From Bacteroidaceae bacterium (GTDB lineage: Bacteria; Bacteroidota; Bacteroidia; Bacteroidales; Bacteroidaceae): a stretch of 64,000 nucleotides of DNA. This document shows, one piece after another, positions 46,613-56,842 of this stretch (positions are counted from its first letter, which is position 1; each line of letters begins with the position of its first letter). Where the stretch lies: NCBI GenBank assembly GCA_045628125.1, contig JAZQPA010000142.1, positions 2,355 through 66,354 of the forward strand. Reading direction: 5' to 3'. Made by a program: the position numbers and the translations under genes. The notes below the pieces were generated by a model. It made no database searches and was not told the DNA's origin. It saw only the letters and a list, made by a program, of their open reading frames with translations.

Positions 46613-46652
46613 AATAAGGTGCGCCAGTTTGAGGCGCACCTTATTATTTTTT
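46613..46652. terminator. Bidirectional terminator (rbr / GNAT)
   Basis: AATAAGGTGCGCC-agtttga-GGCGCACCTTATT hairpin followed by a T-run. Confidence 0.75.
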
Positions 46653-47123
46653 TGCCATTTTATTTAGAGTTTCTCCTGTTAATCGGTAAGTTGTCCATTC
46701 CGACATTGGAGTGGCATCCAGCGACAGGTAGAAGTCTATACTTGGTCGATTCCAATCCAGGCAGCACCATTCAAGGCGGCCGCAGCCTCTTTCCACAGTA
46801 ATGCGCGCCAATTCTTGTAATAGGGCTTTTCCGTGACCTTTACCACGATGCTCCGGCAATACAAACAGGTCTTCCAGATAGATACCAGCACGTCCCAGAA
46901 AGGTGGAGAAATTGTGGAAGAATAGGGCAAAGCCCACTTCTTGGCTATTTTCCAACGCAAAGATAACTTCCGCTTTCTTCTTTTCAAAAATCCATTCGTT
47001 CAGCAGTTCCTCCGTGGCAACCACCTCGTTGCTCATTTTCTCATACTCAGCCAGTCCCTTAATGAATTTTAGGATGGTAGCTGTGTCGGCCGGTGTGGCC
47101 AGGCGGAATGTAGTTTGAGTCAT
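46644..47123 (-). CDS. GNAT family N-acetyltransferase (diamine acetyltransferase-like)
   Basis: 159 aa with the HRGKGHGKALL acetyl-CoA motif. Confidence 0.8.
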   Translation of the reverse strand: MTQTTFRLATPADTATILKFIKGLAEYEKMSNEVVATEELLNEWIFEKKKAEVIFALENSQEVGFALFFHNFSTFLGRAGIYLEDLFVLPEHRGKGHGKALLQELARITVERGCGRLEWCCLDWNRPSIDFYLSLDATPMSEWTTYRLTGETLNKMAKK

Positions 47124-47136
47124 TTCTTGTTTTGTT

Positions 47137-48330
47137 TTATCCGATTTGTGATAGAATATAAGCGCATTTCTCCTTGTTTCCCAATGTCTTGCCCTTGTCG
47201 CAGGATAGTTTTACGCAGTCGTGCCATTCTCGAATTTCTGTAATACGGCATTTAGTTAATTTCACTACAATGTTCGATGGTTTGGCATTATCTACATCAC
47301 AGGTCAGGTATGTACCTACGCCGTAAGAATCCTTTACACGGCCGTGGCAGTAATTGTGAATAGCTATACAGCGGTCCACATTCAGACCATTGCTGAATAC
47401 CACCTGTTTGGTGGCAGGGTCAATGCCCAACTGTTTGTATTTCTCAATGATTTTTTCAATTTGTTCTTCCTCAACACCGCTGTCTACACGAAGACCGGTG
47501 TACATCATAGCCATACGCTTCGACAGGTTCTTGAAGAATACGTCATCACCAAAACAATCATACAGATATGTGCCGTTGTTGCCGTCATATACATCGCTGA
47601 ATTTCTTCATTACGTTATAGTTGCACTCAAACACACCGCTTACGTTCTCTTCAAACGAGATAATCTGGTGGCTCAGTGTGCCCAGCGGTTTCAGTCCCAA
47701 TTCCATAGCCAACCACACATTGCTTGTGCCGGTAAAAATACCAGACCACTGCTTAGAATCGAAGGTATGCTTCATGGCTTGTAACACCATTTTTTGGTGG
47801 TCATAAGAGAAGCGGCGGCGGGTACCCATATCACCGAACACTAATCCTGCACTGAAAATCTTTTCAGCTTTTGCCACTGCCTTAGCATGCTCAGCCTCTA
47901 CATCGTAGCGCTCAGCATCGCCATTCAGTGTGTGAATCAGTTCTGAGATACACGATAGAATTGGCATTTCCCACATGATGGCGCTGAACCACTTTCCGCG
48001 GATGAGAATGCTTAGGTGTCCTTCCTCATCTTGACTGATGTTCACTTCTTTAGGATTGAAGCGGTATCCCCTTAGAAATGAGAAATACCACAAAGGCAGC
48101 CATACCAGCTGCTCGGTCATGAACTCAATTTCCTGATCAGTGATGGTTACGCTTTCCATGTGGTTAATCTGTTCCTGCAGCAAGTCGCCGAATCCCTTAG
48201 GATAGCAGGTGTTATTACGGTCAAAGAAAGTATATTCCACCTCGGCACGAGGATATTGCTGCATGATATAGTACTGACAACTGAATGTATACAGGTCGTT
48301 ATCTGTAAAATGGGTAATGATTTGTCTCAT
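47137..48330 (-). CDS. pncB: Nicotinate phosphoribosyltransferase
   Basis: TDLYTF, FLRGYRFNP and SHQ... resemble PncB. Start chosen at MRQIITHFTDNDLY. Confidence 0.85.
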   Translation of the reverse strand: MRQIITHFTDNDLYTFSCQYYIMQQYPRAEVEYTFFDRNNTCYPKGFGDLLQEQINHMESVTITDQEIEFMTEQLVWLPLWYFSFLRGYRFNPKEVNISQDEEGHLSILIRGKWFSAIMWEMPILSCISELIHTLNGDAERYDVEAEHAKAVAKAEKIFSAGLVFGDMGTRRRFSYDHQKMVLQAMKHTFDSKQWSGIFTGTSNVWLAMELGLKPLGTLSHQIISFEENVSGVFECNYNVMKKFSDVYDGNNGTYLYDCFGDDVFFKNLSKRMAMMYTGLRVDSGVEEEQIEKIIEKYKQLGIDPATKQVVFSNGLNVDRCIAIHNYCHGRVKDSYGVGTYLTCDVDNAKPSNIVVKLTKCRITEIREWHDCVKLSCDKGKTLGNKEKCAYILSQIG

Positions 48331-48410
48331 GGAACTTCTTATACTTGAATTATGATGCAAAAATACATTTTTTTTATAACTTTGCGCGCAAATCAACAAA
48401 CTAATACTTT

Positions 48411-49544
48411 ATGAGTACTGATAAAAATGCACCCGTACAGGGTCAGCGCATTGTTTTTGCCGATTGGCTTCGTGTAGTGGCATGTTTTTTGGTAATGCTG
48501 GTACATGCCAGTGAGAACTTTTATGGAGCCGATGCTTCAGGATTAGCTGGTAATGTGTCCATGCTGGCTACAGAGAGTAACCGTTTTTGGGTGGCTTTCT
48601 ATGATGGTGGTGTGGCACGTTCTTGTGTGCCCCTGTTTATGATTATGTCGGCCTTTCTGCTAGTTCCGATGAAACCCGGTGTTGGCATGACTGATTTCTA
48701 CAGACGACGCTTCTTGCGTATTCTGCCGCCAATGTTTGTCTTCATGCTACTCTATACCTTCTTGCCTTTGGCATGGGGAGGTATGACTTGGGAACAGTCC
48801 ATAGCAGACTTAAAGATGCTTCCTTTCAATTTCCCTTCCATGGCTGGACATCTGTGGTTCATGTATCCGCTCATTTCCATCTATCTGATTATTCCTATAG
48901 TATCGCCTTGGTTGGAAAAAGCCTCTGCACATGATGAACGTATCTTCTTGTATATATTCGCTTTCTCCACCATATTGCCTTGGCTTCATCGTTTTGTGAG
49001 CGATGAGTTATGGGGTGAGTGTTTCTGGAATGGTTTCAGTATGTTGTGGTATTGCTCGGGTTATCTAGGTTATCTGGTGCTGGCCCATTATATCCGTTTC
49101 CACTTGACATGGAATCGTGGTAAGCGACTGAGAATAGGTTCATTATGCTTCTTGATTGGAGCTGCTTTCACCGCATGGTCATTCTGGTGGAGGGGTGTCC
49201 CTGGTCAGATCATAGAGACACCAGCTTTGGAATGGTCATGGGAATTCTGCACCTTGAACGTACTGTGTGCTACCTTCGGTATCTTCCTGATGTTCACCTG
49301 TATCCGGCAACCTAAGGCTCCATCAGTGGTGACAGGTATTGCTAAATTGTCATTCGGCATGTATCTGATGCACTTGTTTTTCCTGGGACCTATTGCCGGC
49401 GTGTTTATCAATGGCGATGTGGCTAATCCTGTCATTCCAGTTGCATTCGCTATTCCTGCCATTGCCATTCTGACTTTTATCTGTTGTGTGATTACCAGCA
49501 AACTCGTTTCGCTTCTTCCTGGAAGCAAATGGATTATCGGATAA
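48411..49544 (+). CDS. Acyltransferase 3 family membrane O-acyltransferase
   Basis: About 10 TM helices with an N-terminal ...ADWLRVVACFLVMLVHA motif. Confidence 0.8.
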   Translation: MSTDKNAPVQGQRIVFADWLRVVACFLVMLVHASENFYGADASGLAGNVSMLATESNRFWVAFYDGGVARSCVPLFMIMSAFLLVPMKPGVGMTDFYRRRFLRILPPMFVFMLLYTFLPLAWGGMTWEQSIADLKMLPFNFPSMAGHLWFMYPLISIYLIIPIVSPWLEKASAHDERIFLYIFAFSTILPWLHRFVSDELWGECFWNGFSMLWYCSGYLGYLVLAHYIRFHLTWNRGKRLRIGSLCFLIGAAFTAWSFWWRGVPGQIIETPALEWSWEFCTLNVLCATFGIFLMFTCIRQPKAPSVVTGIAKLSFGMYLMHLFFLGPIAGVFINGDVANPVIPVAFAIPAIAILTFICCVITSKLVSLLPGSKWIIG

Positions 49545-49577
49545 AAAAGGGCTCAGCGATTTTGCTGAGCCCTTTTT
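49544..49577. terminator. Bidirectional terminator
   Basis: AAAAAGGGCTCAGC-gattt-GCTGAGCCCTTTTT hairpin. Confidence 0.75.
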
Positions 49578-50113
49578 CATTTCACATAGTCTTCAAGCAT
49601 CTGTTTTATGCTAACCCATCCTTTTTCATCTTGAAAAGGGAAGTCATCAATTCGCCATTCTCCGTCTTCCTTCACCATTACCAGGCGACTTTCACGTTCT
49701 TCACCAAAATCTTTCAGTGTAAGGTCTACGTTTACGGCGCCTTTTTCACCAGTTTCTATACCATTAATTACCATTTGCGGCTTATCCCAGTCCTGAGCCT
49801 GCAAAAACAGGTCCCAGTCAATGATTAAATTATCCTCATCCTCTAGCAACCGACATTCTTTAAGCAGGTTCCAGAACTCATTGCTGCAGAACTTGCTTTC
49901 TAGGCTATAGTAGTCATTGGTGCCCAGCAGACTGAACACTTCTTTATAGATGGCATTTACTTGTTTCTTTACTTCCTCAAAAGTCGGGCTCTCGGCCACG
50001 GTATCAGTCTTTACGGCATTTTCAGATTCTTTCTTGCCTGATTCCTCACAGGCTGTGGTCAGCAGTGCCAGTATTACGGCAGGCAATAATAACCGGTAAA
50101 TAGTATTTCTCAT
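49577..50113 (-). CDS. Lipoprotein of unknown function
   Basis: Lipobox LTTAC, 178 aa, acidic. Confidence 0.6.
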   Translation of the reverse strand: MRNTIYRLLLPAVILALLTTACEESGKKESENAVKTDTVAESPTFEEVKKQVNAIYKEVFSLLGTNDYYSLESKFCSNEFWNLLKECRLLEDEDNLIIDWDLFLQAQDWDKPQMVINGIETGEKGAVNVDLTLKDFGEERESRLVMVKEDGEWRIDDFPFQDEKGWVSIKQMLEDYVK

Positions 50114-50134
50114 AATCTTGACAATAGGATTATA

Positions 50135-50701
50135 TTATTCTTCTGGTAGCATTTCGAACCACTCTACTTCGCCACCCCAAATCTCCAGAAAACGGTGGAA
50201 CTCGGCATTCTTGAGTGCCACGCTAGCGGTGTTGTCGCAAGGATGGAATGTCATCATCTCAGCATCCTTCAGATCCTTATCTACAAAGAACTTTACGCGA
50301 TGGCCGTTATCAAACAATTCACGAGGATTGGCATCCTTCAGATCGATATCATAAATTAACCCCAACGGAGATACACTTCCTGGCTTCAGTCCCAGACAAC
50401 GCTCCATTCGTTCCTCTGAGGCAAAAGTCAACTTACCCTCACGGATAATCTTTTGCAACTGCACAAAATTCAGTGACTTGTGGCACTCCATAGTTACCAG
50501 ATAGTGACGCTTGCCACTGTGGTTGCGTAAGAACAGGTTCTTGCAGTGCGTGCATCCTTTCAGATTATCCTGTGCTTCCCAAAAGGGTAAGGCCTCCTCA
50601 ATGGTGAACAGCTCGGGATGATATACTATCTCATAGCTCAGATCATGCTCCTCTAAAAAGCGAAGCACGGTGCTGATGCGTTCATTGTTATTTTCTGCCA
50701 T
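50135..50701 (-). CDS. YbaK/prolyl-tRNA synthetase-associated (aminoacyl-tRNA deacylase-like) domain protein
   Basis: About 188 aa from MAENNNERIS; CKNLFLRN, LGLKPGSVSPLG. Begins 2 nt after the GH78 stop. Confidence 0.7.
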   Translation of the reverse strand: MAENNNERISTVLRFLEEHDLSYEIVYHPELFTIEEALPFWEAQDNLKGCTHCKNLFLRNHSGKRHYLVTMECHKSLNFVQLQKIIREGKLTFASEERMERCLGLKPGSVSPLGLIYDIDLKDANPRELFDNGHRVKFFVDKDLKDAEMMTFHPCDNTASVALKNAEFHRFLEIWGGEVEWFEMLPEE

Positions 50702-50703
50702 AC

Positions 50704-53271
50704 TTATTTTGTTATTGTATAGGTTCCAGCCGGGTAATCCTTGGCCTCGGTTTCTCCTGGCAGGGTTACGGTAGCTGTGGCACCGGTAGGTATAGTAAAG
50801 TTCCACACCCACTGGTCACCTTCATACTTCCATGCACTCTTGATAATACCGGCTGCAGATTGGTATTCAGCCTCCAGATGTCCTAGACGCTTGTCAGGTA
50901 CAGGCTTCATGATGATGTGTTTGAAACCCGGAATTGCAGTGTCTGATGCGATACCTGCTGCGGTCTCCCAAATCCACTGGCATACAGCACCATACGCATA
51001 GTGGTTAAAGCTGTTCATACCCTGAGGCCCCATACCTTCTTCTATCATATAGCTGTTCCAACGCTCCCAAATAGTGGTGGCGCCGTTGTCTATGCTGTAG
51101 AGCCAACTTGGGTTCTTGCGTTGGAATAGCAACTCATAGGCAATGTCGCTCATGCCATATTCAGTCAGTGTCCCCATTAGAATGCTGGTACCCAAGAATC
51201 CCGTCTGTAGGCAGTTTCCGTGATCTGCAAAGTTCTGGCGAAGACGTGCCAGCATATTGCTCAGTGCCTCACCCTCTAACAAGTGATTCTTCAGGGCAAA
51301 CAGTGCAGGAGTCTGCATGGTGTTCAGAATGGCCGTCTTGAAAGATCCATCTCCGTTTAGGAATTGTTCCAAAATATATGCCTTGGCATCTGCCACCATA
51401 TTCTCATATTTCTGTGCATCACGTCCGGTAGCATGTGCCATATCGCGCATCATGCCGGCATCCATCATCCAGTACGATGCCAACAGGTAGTTCCAGTAAT
51501 CAACGGCATCTGGCAGTGGGCCATCAGGACCGAAAGCGCGTCCACTGCAACTTTCCAATGGCTCGTAGCTCAGCCAGTCTGCCCACTGATAATTGCCGTT
51601 TTCAGCAATCAGTGCCTTATGGTCATACTTTGTGTCTGCCACATGATTCATAAATTTCTCCATGGATTCCCAGCTCTCATCCACTATCGTGTCATCCCCA
51701 AACTGCTTCCAGATGGTCCATGGCACAATGATACCGGCATCGGCCCATCCTACACGCATCATCGATGTAGGTTCTGCACCGTACTGAGCCAGAGGAGCTA
51801 CACCTGGATATCCGCCCTGTTCGGTCTGAGTATCGCGCATGTCTCGCAGCCACTTGTGAAAGAATGGATTAGTATTGGCAAAGAATGTGCCTGTTGCTGT
51901 AAAAACCTGGGTGTCGGCTGTCCATCCCAAACGTTCATTACGCTGAGGACAATCGGTCGGAACCGAAAGATAGTTGGATAGCTGGCCCCAGTAGGTATTG
52001 GAAATCAGTTTGTTAACTAATTCGTGGCCAGTGCTTATCTTACCGGTTTCCAAGTTCTTATTGATAGAGGTTACCGGAATGGTCTGTATGCTGTTGATGG
52101 TCACATCGGCCGTAGCGGTGATAGATACAAGACGGTAGCCAAAGAAGGTGAAGTGTGGATAGTAGGTCACAGGTGCTTCACTATTACCAAATGTGTATTT
52201 CAGATACATACCTGTAGCAGGAATACGCAGGTTCTGACGGTGTACACTTCCCTCAGGACCATCCATGCCACGGCTCTTCAAACCGTTGCCATCATTTAGC
52301 AACTCTGATACCACACAGGTCAGCAGTGTACCTTCCTTGGCGTTGAAGTTGAACTCAGGTACACCGGCGCAGTTCTGTCCAAAGTCTACCACTAAATTTT
52401 CGTCCTTATGCAGCACTATGGTATCGCCAGCAGCAAATTCACGGCTAATCTTTACCTTTCCGAAAGCCTCTTCGCTCTCATCGGTCACATCCTTCCATAT
52501 GTAAGCCTTAGCTGGAACCAATGCCAGATCGCGTCGCAAATAGATTTCCGCACCGTTGGTGGGTAGGATCTCACCCTTGAACTCTGTGTTCTCTACCGGT
52601 GCAGACAGTTTTTCAGGAGTGTCATAACCCGGCAATTCGCGTGCGTCGTAATCCTCACCATCAAAGATAGCTGCATGCTTTACCGGTCCAGCAATGCCTG
52701 CCTTCCAGTTTTCTGTATCGGTGCCGAACAGTTGGGTACTGCCATCGCTAAAAGTCAGTTCCAGAACACCGCGGAAGGCACATTTTTGTCCTATCATACC
52801 AGCATTTCCGCCCGGTGTGATAATCTTATCGGCCCACCATCCAGGGGTGACCTGTGCCGAAAGCACATTTTCAGCTTCGGTTTTAGTGTCCATTAGGGCA
52901 GTGATATCGTAGGTAAACGAGCGTTTGGTCTTCTCATAATGCGTGAAACCAGGTTTCAGCACCTCATTTCCAACTACTTGCCCATTCACATAAAGCTCGT
53001 ACACGCCCAAACCTGCAGTCATCCATTTGGCTTGCTTTACCTTTTTGCCGTTCTTTACGGTAGCCAGAAACCAGTTGGCTCCATCAGCAGCGCGTGTACC
53101 GTCCCATACGGTATCGGTTATTACCGGTGCGTCTGCTACTGAGATCCATTTCGAAGCACCCCATGCCGCATTATCCAATGCATCAGTAAGTTGCACAGGG
53201 CCAGGAGCCGATGCACAGGCCGCCATCAGTAGTACAGCCAGCATTCCCAAAAATAGTTTAAAGCTTTTCAT
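50704..53271 (-). CDS. Alpha-L-rhamnosidase (GH78)
   Basis: Lipoprotein-type signal (LLMAAC), about 855 aa, catalytic-domain motif DCPQRNERLGWTADTQVF. Confidence 0.85.
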   Translation of the reverse strand: MKSFKLFLGMLAVLLMAACASAPGPVQLTDALDNAAWGASKWISVADAPVITDTVWDGTRAADGANWFLATVKNGKKVKQAKWMTAGLGVYELYVNGQVVGNEVLKPGFTHYEKTKRSFTYDITALMDTKTEAENVLSAQVTPGWWADKIITPGGNAGMIGQKCAFRGVLELTFSDGSTQLFGTDTENWKAGIAGPVKHAAIFDGEDYDARELPGYDTPEKLSAPVENTEFKGEILPTNGAEIYLRRDLALVPAKAYIWKDVTDESEEAFGKVKISREFAAGDTIVLHKDENLVVDFGQNCAGVPEFNFNAKEGTLLTCVVSELLNDGNGLKSRGMDGPEGSVHRQNLRIPATGMYLKYTFGNSEAPVTYYPHFTFFGYRLVSITATADVTINSIQTIPVTSINKNLETGKISTGHELVNKLISNTYWGQLSNYLSVPTDCPQRNERLGWTADTQVFTATGTFFANTNPFFHKWLRDMRDTQTEQGGYPGVAPLAQYGAEPTSMMRVGWADAGIIVPWTIWKQFGDDTIVDESWESMEKFMNHVADTKYDHKALIAENGNYQWADWLSYEPLESCSGRAFGPDGPLPDAVDYWNYLLASYWMMDAGMMRDMAHATGRDAQKYENMVADAKAYILEQFLNGDGSFKTAILNTMQTPALFALKNHLLEGEALSNMLARLRQNFADHGNCLQTGFLGTSILMGTLTEYGMSDIAYELLFQRKNPSWLYSIDNGATTIWERWNSYMIEEGMGPQGMNSFNHYAYGAVCQWIWETAAGIASDTAIPGFKHIIMKPVPDKRLGHLEAEYQSAAGIIKSAWKYEGDQWVWNFTIPTGATATVTLPGETEAKDYPAGTYTITK

Positions 53272-53396
53272 GATTTTTGTGTTTTTTACATATACAATAC
53301 TTCGCAAAAGTACGAAATTAATTTTAATAATAAGGTGAAAAGATGAAAAATCCCTATATTTGCATACTGATAATCCATTTTGTAAAACATTGACGT

Positions 53397-54077
53397 ATGA
53401 AAAAATACTTTTTGCTTTTGTCCGCTTTTGTTTTCAGTAGTTTTGCTCTGCAGGCGCAAACCCGCGTAACCATTTTTGGCGACAGCTATTCTACTTACGA
53501 GGGTGTTATTCCTTCCACCCATGAACCTTGGTATGCCCCTGAAGGTAGCAGGTTCCATGTACAGACCAACGATGTAAAATTGGTGGATCATACCTGGTGG
53601 CACCAGCTCATCAATCGTTTAGGTTGGATTTTGGAAAAGAATGATTCCTGGAGCGGCAGCACTGTGGGCTATTTTGGCTATCAGAACGAGAACTATAAAT
53701 ACCGTTCCTTCAACACTCGTGTGGGTGATTTGGGTGAGCCTGATGTCATCCTATGCCTGGCTGGTACCAACGATAGTTGGACAGGAGAGAAGGTTGGAAG
53801 CTACAAATATGCCAATTGGGAGGATAGCGATCTATGGTATTTTCGACCAGCCATGGCACGTTTGTTAAGTACCATGAAGCAGAACTACCCTAATGCTAAG
53901 ATTTATTTCATCCTGAACACGGAACTTCGAGATGATATTAATGAATCTGTGCATACCATCTGTCGTCACTATGCAGTTCCCTGCATTGATCTTCACGATA
54001 TTGACAAGCAGGAGGGGCACCCCTCACGTAAGGGCATGACGGCCATCTGTGATCAGGTGATTCAAGCCATAAAATAA
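53397..54077 (+). CDS. SGNH/GDSL hydrolase family esterase
   Basis: Signal peptide, block I IFGDSYS, GTND, and C-terminal D..GHP. Confidence 0.75.
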   Translation: MKKYFLLLSAFVFSSFALQAQTRVTIFGDSYSTYEGVIPSTHEPWYAPEGSRFHVQTNDVKLVDHTWWHQLINRLGWILEKNDSWSGSTVGYFGYQNENYKYRSFNTRVGDLGEPDVILCLAGTNDSWTGEKVGSYKYANWEDSDLWYFRPAMARLLSTMKQNYPNAKIYFILNTELRDDINESVHTICRHYAVPCIDLHDIDKQEGHPSRKGMTAICDQVIQAIK

Positions 54078-54105
54078 AAAAGAGGAGTTCTTGCTCCTCT
54101 TTTTT
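54076..54105. terminator. Bidirectional terminator
   Basis: AAAAAGAGGAG-ttcttg-CTCCTCTTTTTT hairpin. Confidence 0.75.
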
Positions 54106-54107
54106 AT

Positions 54108-54863
54108 TTATTTTCTTACAATAACGGAACCGCTGGCCTGATGCGTGGCTAATACCAGCACCTCAGCAATCTGCACATGTTTTGGGGCTGAAGCTGCATA
54201 TAATGCCACATCTGCAATGTCGGCACCTGTCAATGGAGTGATGCCCTTGTATACATTGTCTGCGCGATGGTTGTCGCCATGGAAACGGATATTGCTGAAG
54301 TTTGTCTCCACTAAGCCCGGTTTGATGTTGGTGACACGTACTGCCGATTCTGCCACATCGATGCGTAATCCATCTGTGATAGCTTTTACGGCTGCCTTGG
54401 TGGCACAATAAACGTTACCGCCAGCATAAGCAGCATCGCCAGCCACACTGCCAATGTTAATCACATGACCTTCGTTGCGCTGCACCATACCCGGAACCAC
54501 CAGTCGAGTCATGGTCAGCAGACCCTTGATGTTTGTGTCAATCATGGTGCTCCAGTCCTCCAGATCGCCCTCGTATTCCTTTTCCAGACCCAGTGCCAGT
54601 CCTGCATTATTGATCAGAACGTCTATCTTGCTCCAATACAGATCCAATGAATCCAGAGCAGTCATGCAAGCCTCAGGATCACGAACATCAAAAGTCAGTG
54701 CCACAACCTCGGCACCTGTCTTTTCCAGTTCTGCCTTAACCTCTGCCAGTTTTTCCGCTCTGCGTCCGGTAATAATCACGTTATAACCGCCTTCTGCAAA
54801 TTTTTGTGCGCAGGCCTCACCAATTCCGCTGGTGGCACCTGTTACTAATGCTACCTTTCTCAT
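54108..54863 (-). CDS. SDR family NAD(P)-dependent oxidoreductase (YdfG-like)
   Basis: TGATSGIGEA, NNAG and YCATK. Confidence 0.9.
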   Translation of the reverse strand: MRKVALVTGATSGIGEACAQKFAEGGYNVIITGRRAEKLAEVKAELEKTGAEVVALTFDVRDPEACMTALDSLDLYWSKIDVLINNAGLALGLEKEYEGDLEDWSTMIDTNIKGLLTMTRLVVPGMVQRNEGHVINIGSVAGDAAYAGGNVYCATKAAVKAITDGLRIDVAESAVRVTNIKPGLVETNFSNIRFHGDNHRADNVYKGITPLTGADIADVALYAASAPKHVQIAEVLVLATHQASGSVIVRK

Positions 54864-54891
54864 TTCTTTGTACTATATATGTTATATGTCG

Positions 54892-55698
54892 TTATTTCCC
54901 TACAAATGGGGTTACCTTTACCAACATCAGTTCCTCGGTAATGGTGGTGCCCTTTGGAAGTTCCTTCACATCACCGTCCTCCAGCTGGTAACATTTGGTA
55001 AAGCTGTCTTCCGCGCTGTTTGCTCCTTCCTCGATGATGATGCCACCACCGTTGAGATGGAAACGGTCACGCTCGCCTCCGCTCAGTACGTGGTTTAGTG
55101 TGCCGTTACTGGTGTCGAAGGTAAAGATGTCATACATCGCATAGTCGTTTCCATTATCATCGATAGTATCTCCCAACAGCAGTTCCATCACTCCGTCACG
55201 ATTGATATCTATAAGTGCATATCCCGCTGTAGGTGCCCGGTAGCTGAATACCGGACTCAGTCCCTTATCTTCCGGACTGCTATTTTGCCATCCTTCCTGG
55301 AATCCGGTTTGCACAAAATTGATGATGTCTTGGTATACCGATACTGGTTCCACGACCGTTATTCGGGGTTCGCCCTGTCCTGGCAGTGGCTTGTAGATGG
55401 CTACCTTAAAGAGGTTTCCCACATTGTCCGTGCAAGTATAAGCGTAATTCATTCCTGCTACCACTTGAGTAGCCACTTGAGTTGGAGTCAATTCCGGCAT
55501 CAACTTATAGGTCTGTTTGAATAACTCAAAGTCTTCCTTCTTCAGTTCGCGGTGCTCGGTATAGGCTCCTACCAGTTCAGCGCTAACTGAACTTTCTGAC
55601 TCAGATTTCTTATCAGTGGCGCAGCTCGTTAGACATACTGCCAGGGTATAGATTCCTGCCCATTTTGCCCAATTCTTTCTCATTGTTATGGAATCCAT
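54892..55698 (-). CDS. Lipoprotein with an N-terminal stefin/cystatin-like domain and a C-terminal DxDxDG-type repeat region
   Basis: Lipobox LTSC. TQVATQVVAGMNYAYTC...FKVAIYKPLPGQGEP parallels the stefin QVVAG hairpin and the LPGQ segment. Alternative start at M6 (55683). Confidence 0.65.
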   Translation of the reverse strand: MDSITMRKNWAKWAGIYTLAVCLTSCATDKKSESESSVSAELVGAYTEHRELKKEDFELFKQTYKLMPELTPTQVATQVVAGMNYAYTCTDNVGNLFKVAIYKPLPGQGEPRITVVEPVSVYQDIINFVQTGFQEGWQNSSPEDKGLSPVFSYRAPTAGYALIDINRDGVMELLLGDTIDDNGNDYAMYDIFTFDTSNGTLNHVLSGGERDRFHLNGGGIIIEEGANSAEDSFTKCYQLEDGDVKELPKGTTITEELMLVKVTPFVGK

Positions 55699-56321
55699 TT
55701 TCGATTAATTTCTGTAATCATACCATTCTCTATGGTTACCCGGGTGTTCAGCGAGAAGAAGTCCTCGTGTCCGCCTTTTAGGTTCTCCAAATATTGTTTT
55801 TGACCTGTAGTAATAGTGTCACTAGGGTCACTTGGATAAGAACCGCAGTCAATGATGATGAAATCCTCTGCCAGTGCCATTTCGACTTGCCCCACTTCCG
55901 AATACGCAGAATGGTCATCCCATTCTACTCCGCGGTAGGTGCCTCCCTCGTAACCTGCCAACCAACATCCGCCTTCTTCCAGTCCGCCGTTTACCACCAG
56001 CCAACCGTGCTCGTCTTCTTCAAGGCTAGTTATTACAATTGGTTCTTTTTTGTAAATCAGTGTATCTCCCACTTGCATCTGGTGTACATCCACCACGTCA
56101 TACAGGTCTTCGTTGTACACCGTCAGTTTCAGGTTTCCGCCCATCCAATTAAAGTCGTCCAGAGTAAAAGCGGCAGGAACTGTACCTTCGTTTAGGTTGT
56201 CCATATCGGCCCATGCCGGTTGCGGTGCTATGCATTTGTGCACCTTAGGTTCTGAGGCGCAACTGCACAGAATTGCGGTTGCTGCCATAAGCCAGTAATT
56301 AGTTTTCATTTTCAGTTTCAT
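55686..56321 (-). CDS. Lipoprotein of unknown function
   Basis: Lipobox ILCSC, 211 aa. Its stop overlaps the start region of the cystatin-like gene. Confidence 0.6.
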   Translation of the reverse strand: MKLKMKTNYWLMAATAILCSCASEPKVHKCIAPQPAWADMDNLNEGTVPAAFTLDDFNWMGGNLKLTVYNEDLYDVVDVHQMQVGDTLIYKKEPIVITSLEEDEHGWLVVNGGLEEGGCWLAGYEGGTYRGVEWDDHSAYSEVGQVEMALAEDFIIIDCGSYPSDPSDTITTGQKQYLENLKGGHEDFFSLNTRVTIENGMITEINRKWIP

Positions 56322-56402
56322 TTTATTCTGTTACAAAGATACAAAAGTTTTGGCTATTTCCTATCATTGCATTATCTTTGTGAATAATAAAAATAAAAAG
56401 AA

Positions 56403-56798
56403 ATGGAAGTGAAGATAATTAACGAGGAACTGTTTGCCGAAATGTTTGCACGGGCATCGCGACATGTGAGACACCGTGATTGGTTTGATTTAAGAAATAG
56501 TGCTGACGATGGTTCTCAGCGTATGATGGTGGCCGTGCTCCCTACTGATGGGCCTGATAGAATTGCCCGTCATGAGAACACCTCAGAATCATTCATGTTA
56601 CTGAAGGGTAGGATGGATGTGATGCTGTATGATATGCAATCAGACGGCAGTTTTGTGGAAACGCAAAGAATCCACCTGTGCCCTGCCGAAGGAAATGTGG
56701 GTATACAGATTCCAAAGGGCGTTTGGCACAGTGTGGAGGTGTTTGAAAATAGCGTGTTTTTTGAAAGCAAAGACGGTCCTTATATCCCTGGCAAATAG
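56403..56798 (+). CDS. WbuC-like cupin fold protein
   Basis: 131 aa with cupin beta-barrel His pattern (RHEN..E...H). Confidence 0.6.
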   Translation: MEVKIINEELFAEMFARASRHVRHRDWFDLRNSADDGSQRMMVAVLPTDGPDRIARHENTSESFMLLKGRMDVMLYDMQSDGSFVETQRIHLCPAEGNVGIQIPKGVWHSVEVFENSVFFESKDGPYIPGK

Positions 56799-56842
56799 TC
56801 TTCTTCAATCCCGTTCTGTTTTCCAAAATCCTTTACGATGGC

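Noticed and set aside
51364-51981. 205-aa plus-strand ORF, and several others, inside the GH78 gene
   Set aside because: They are antisense shadow frames of a long, motif-supported rhamnosidase gene.
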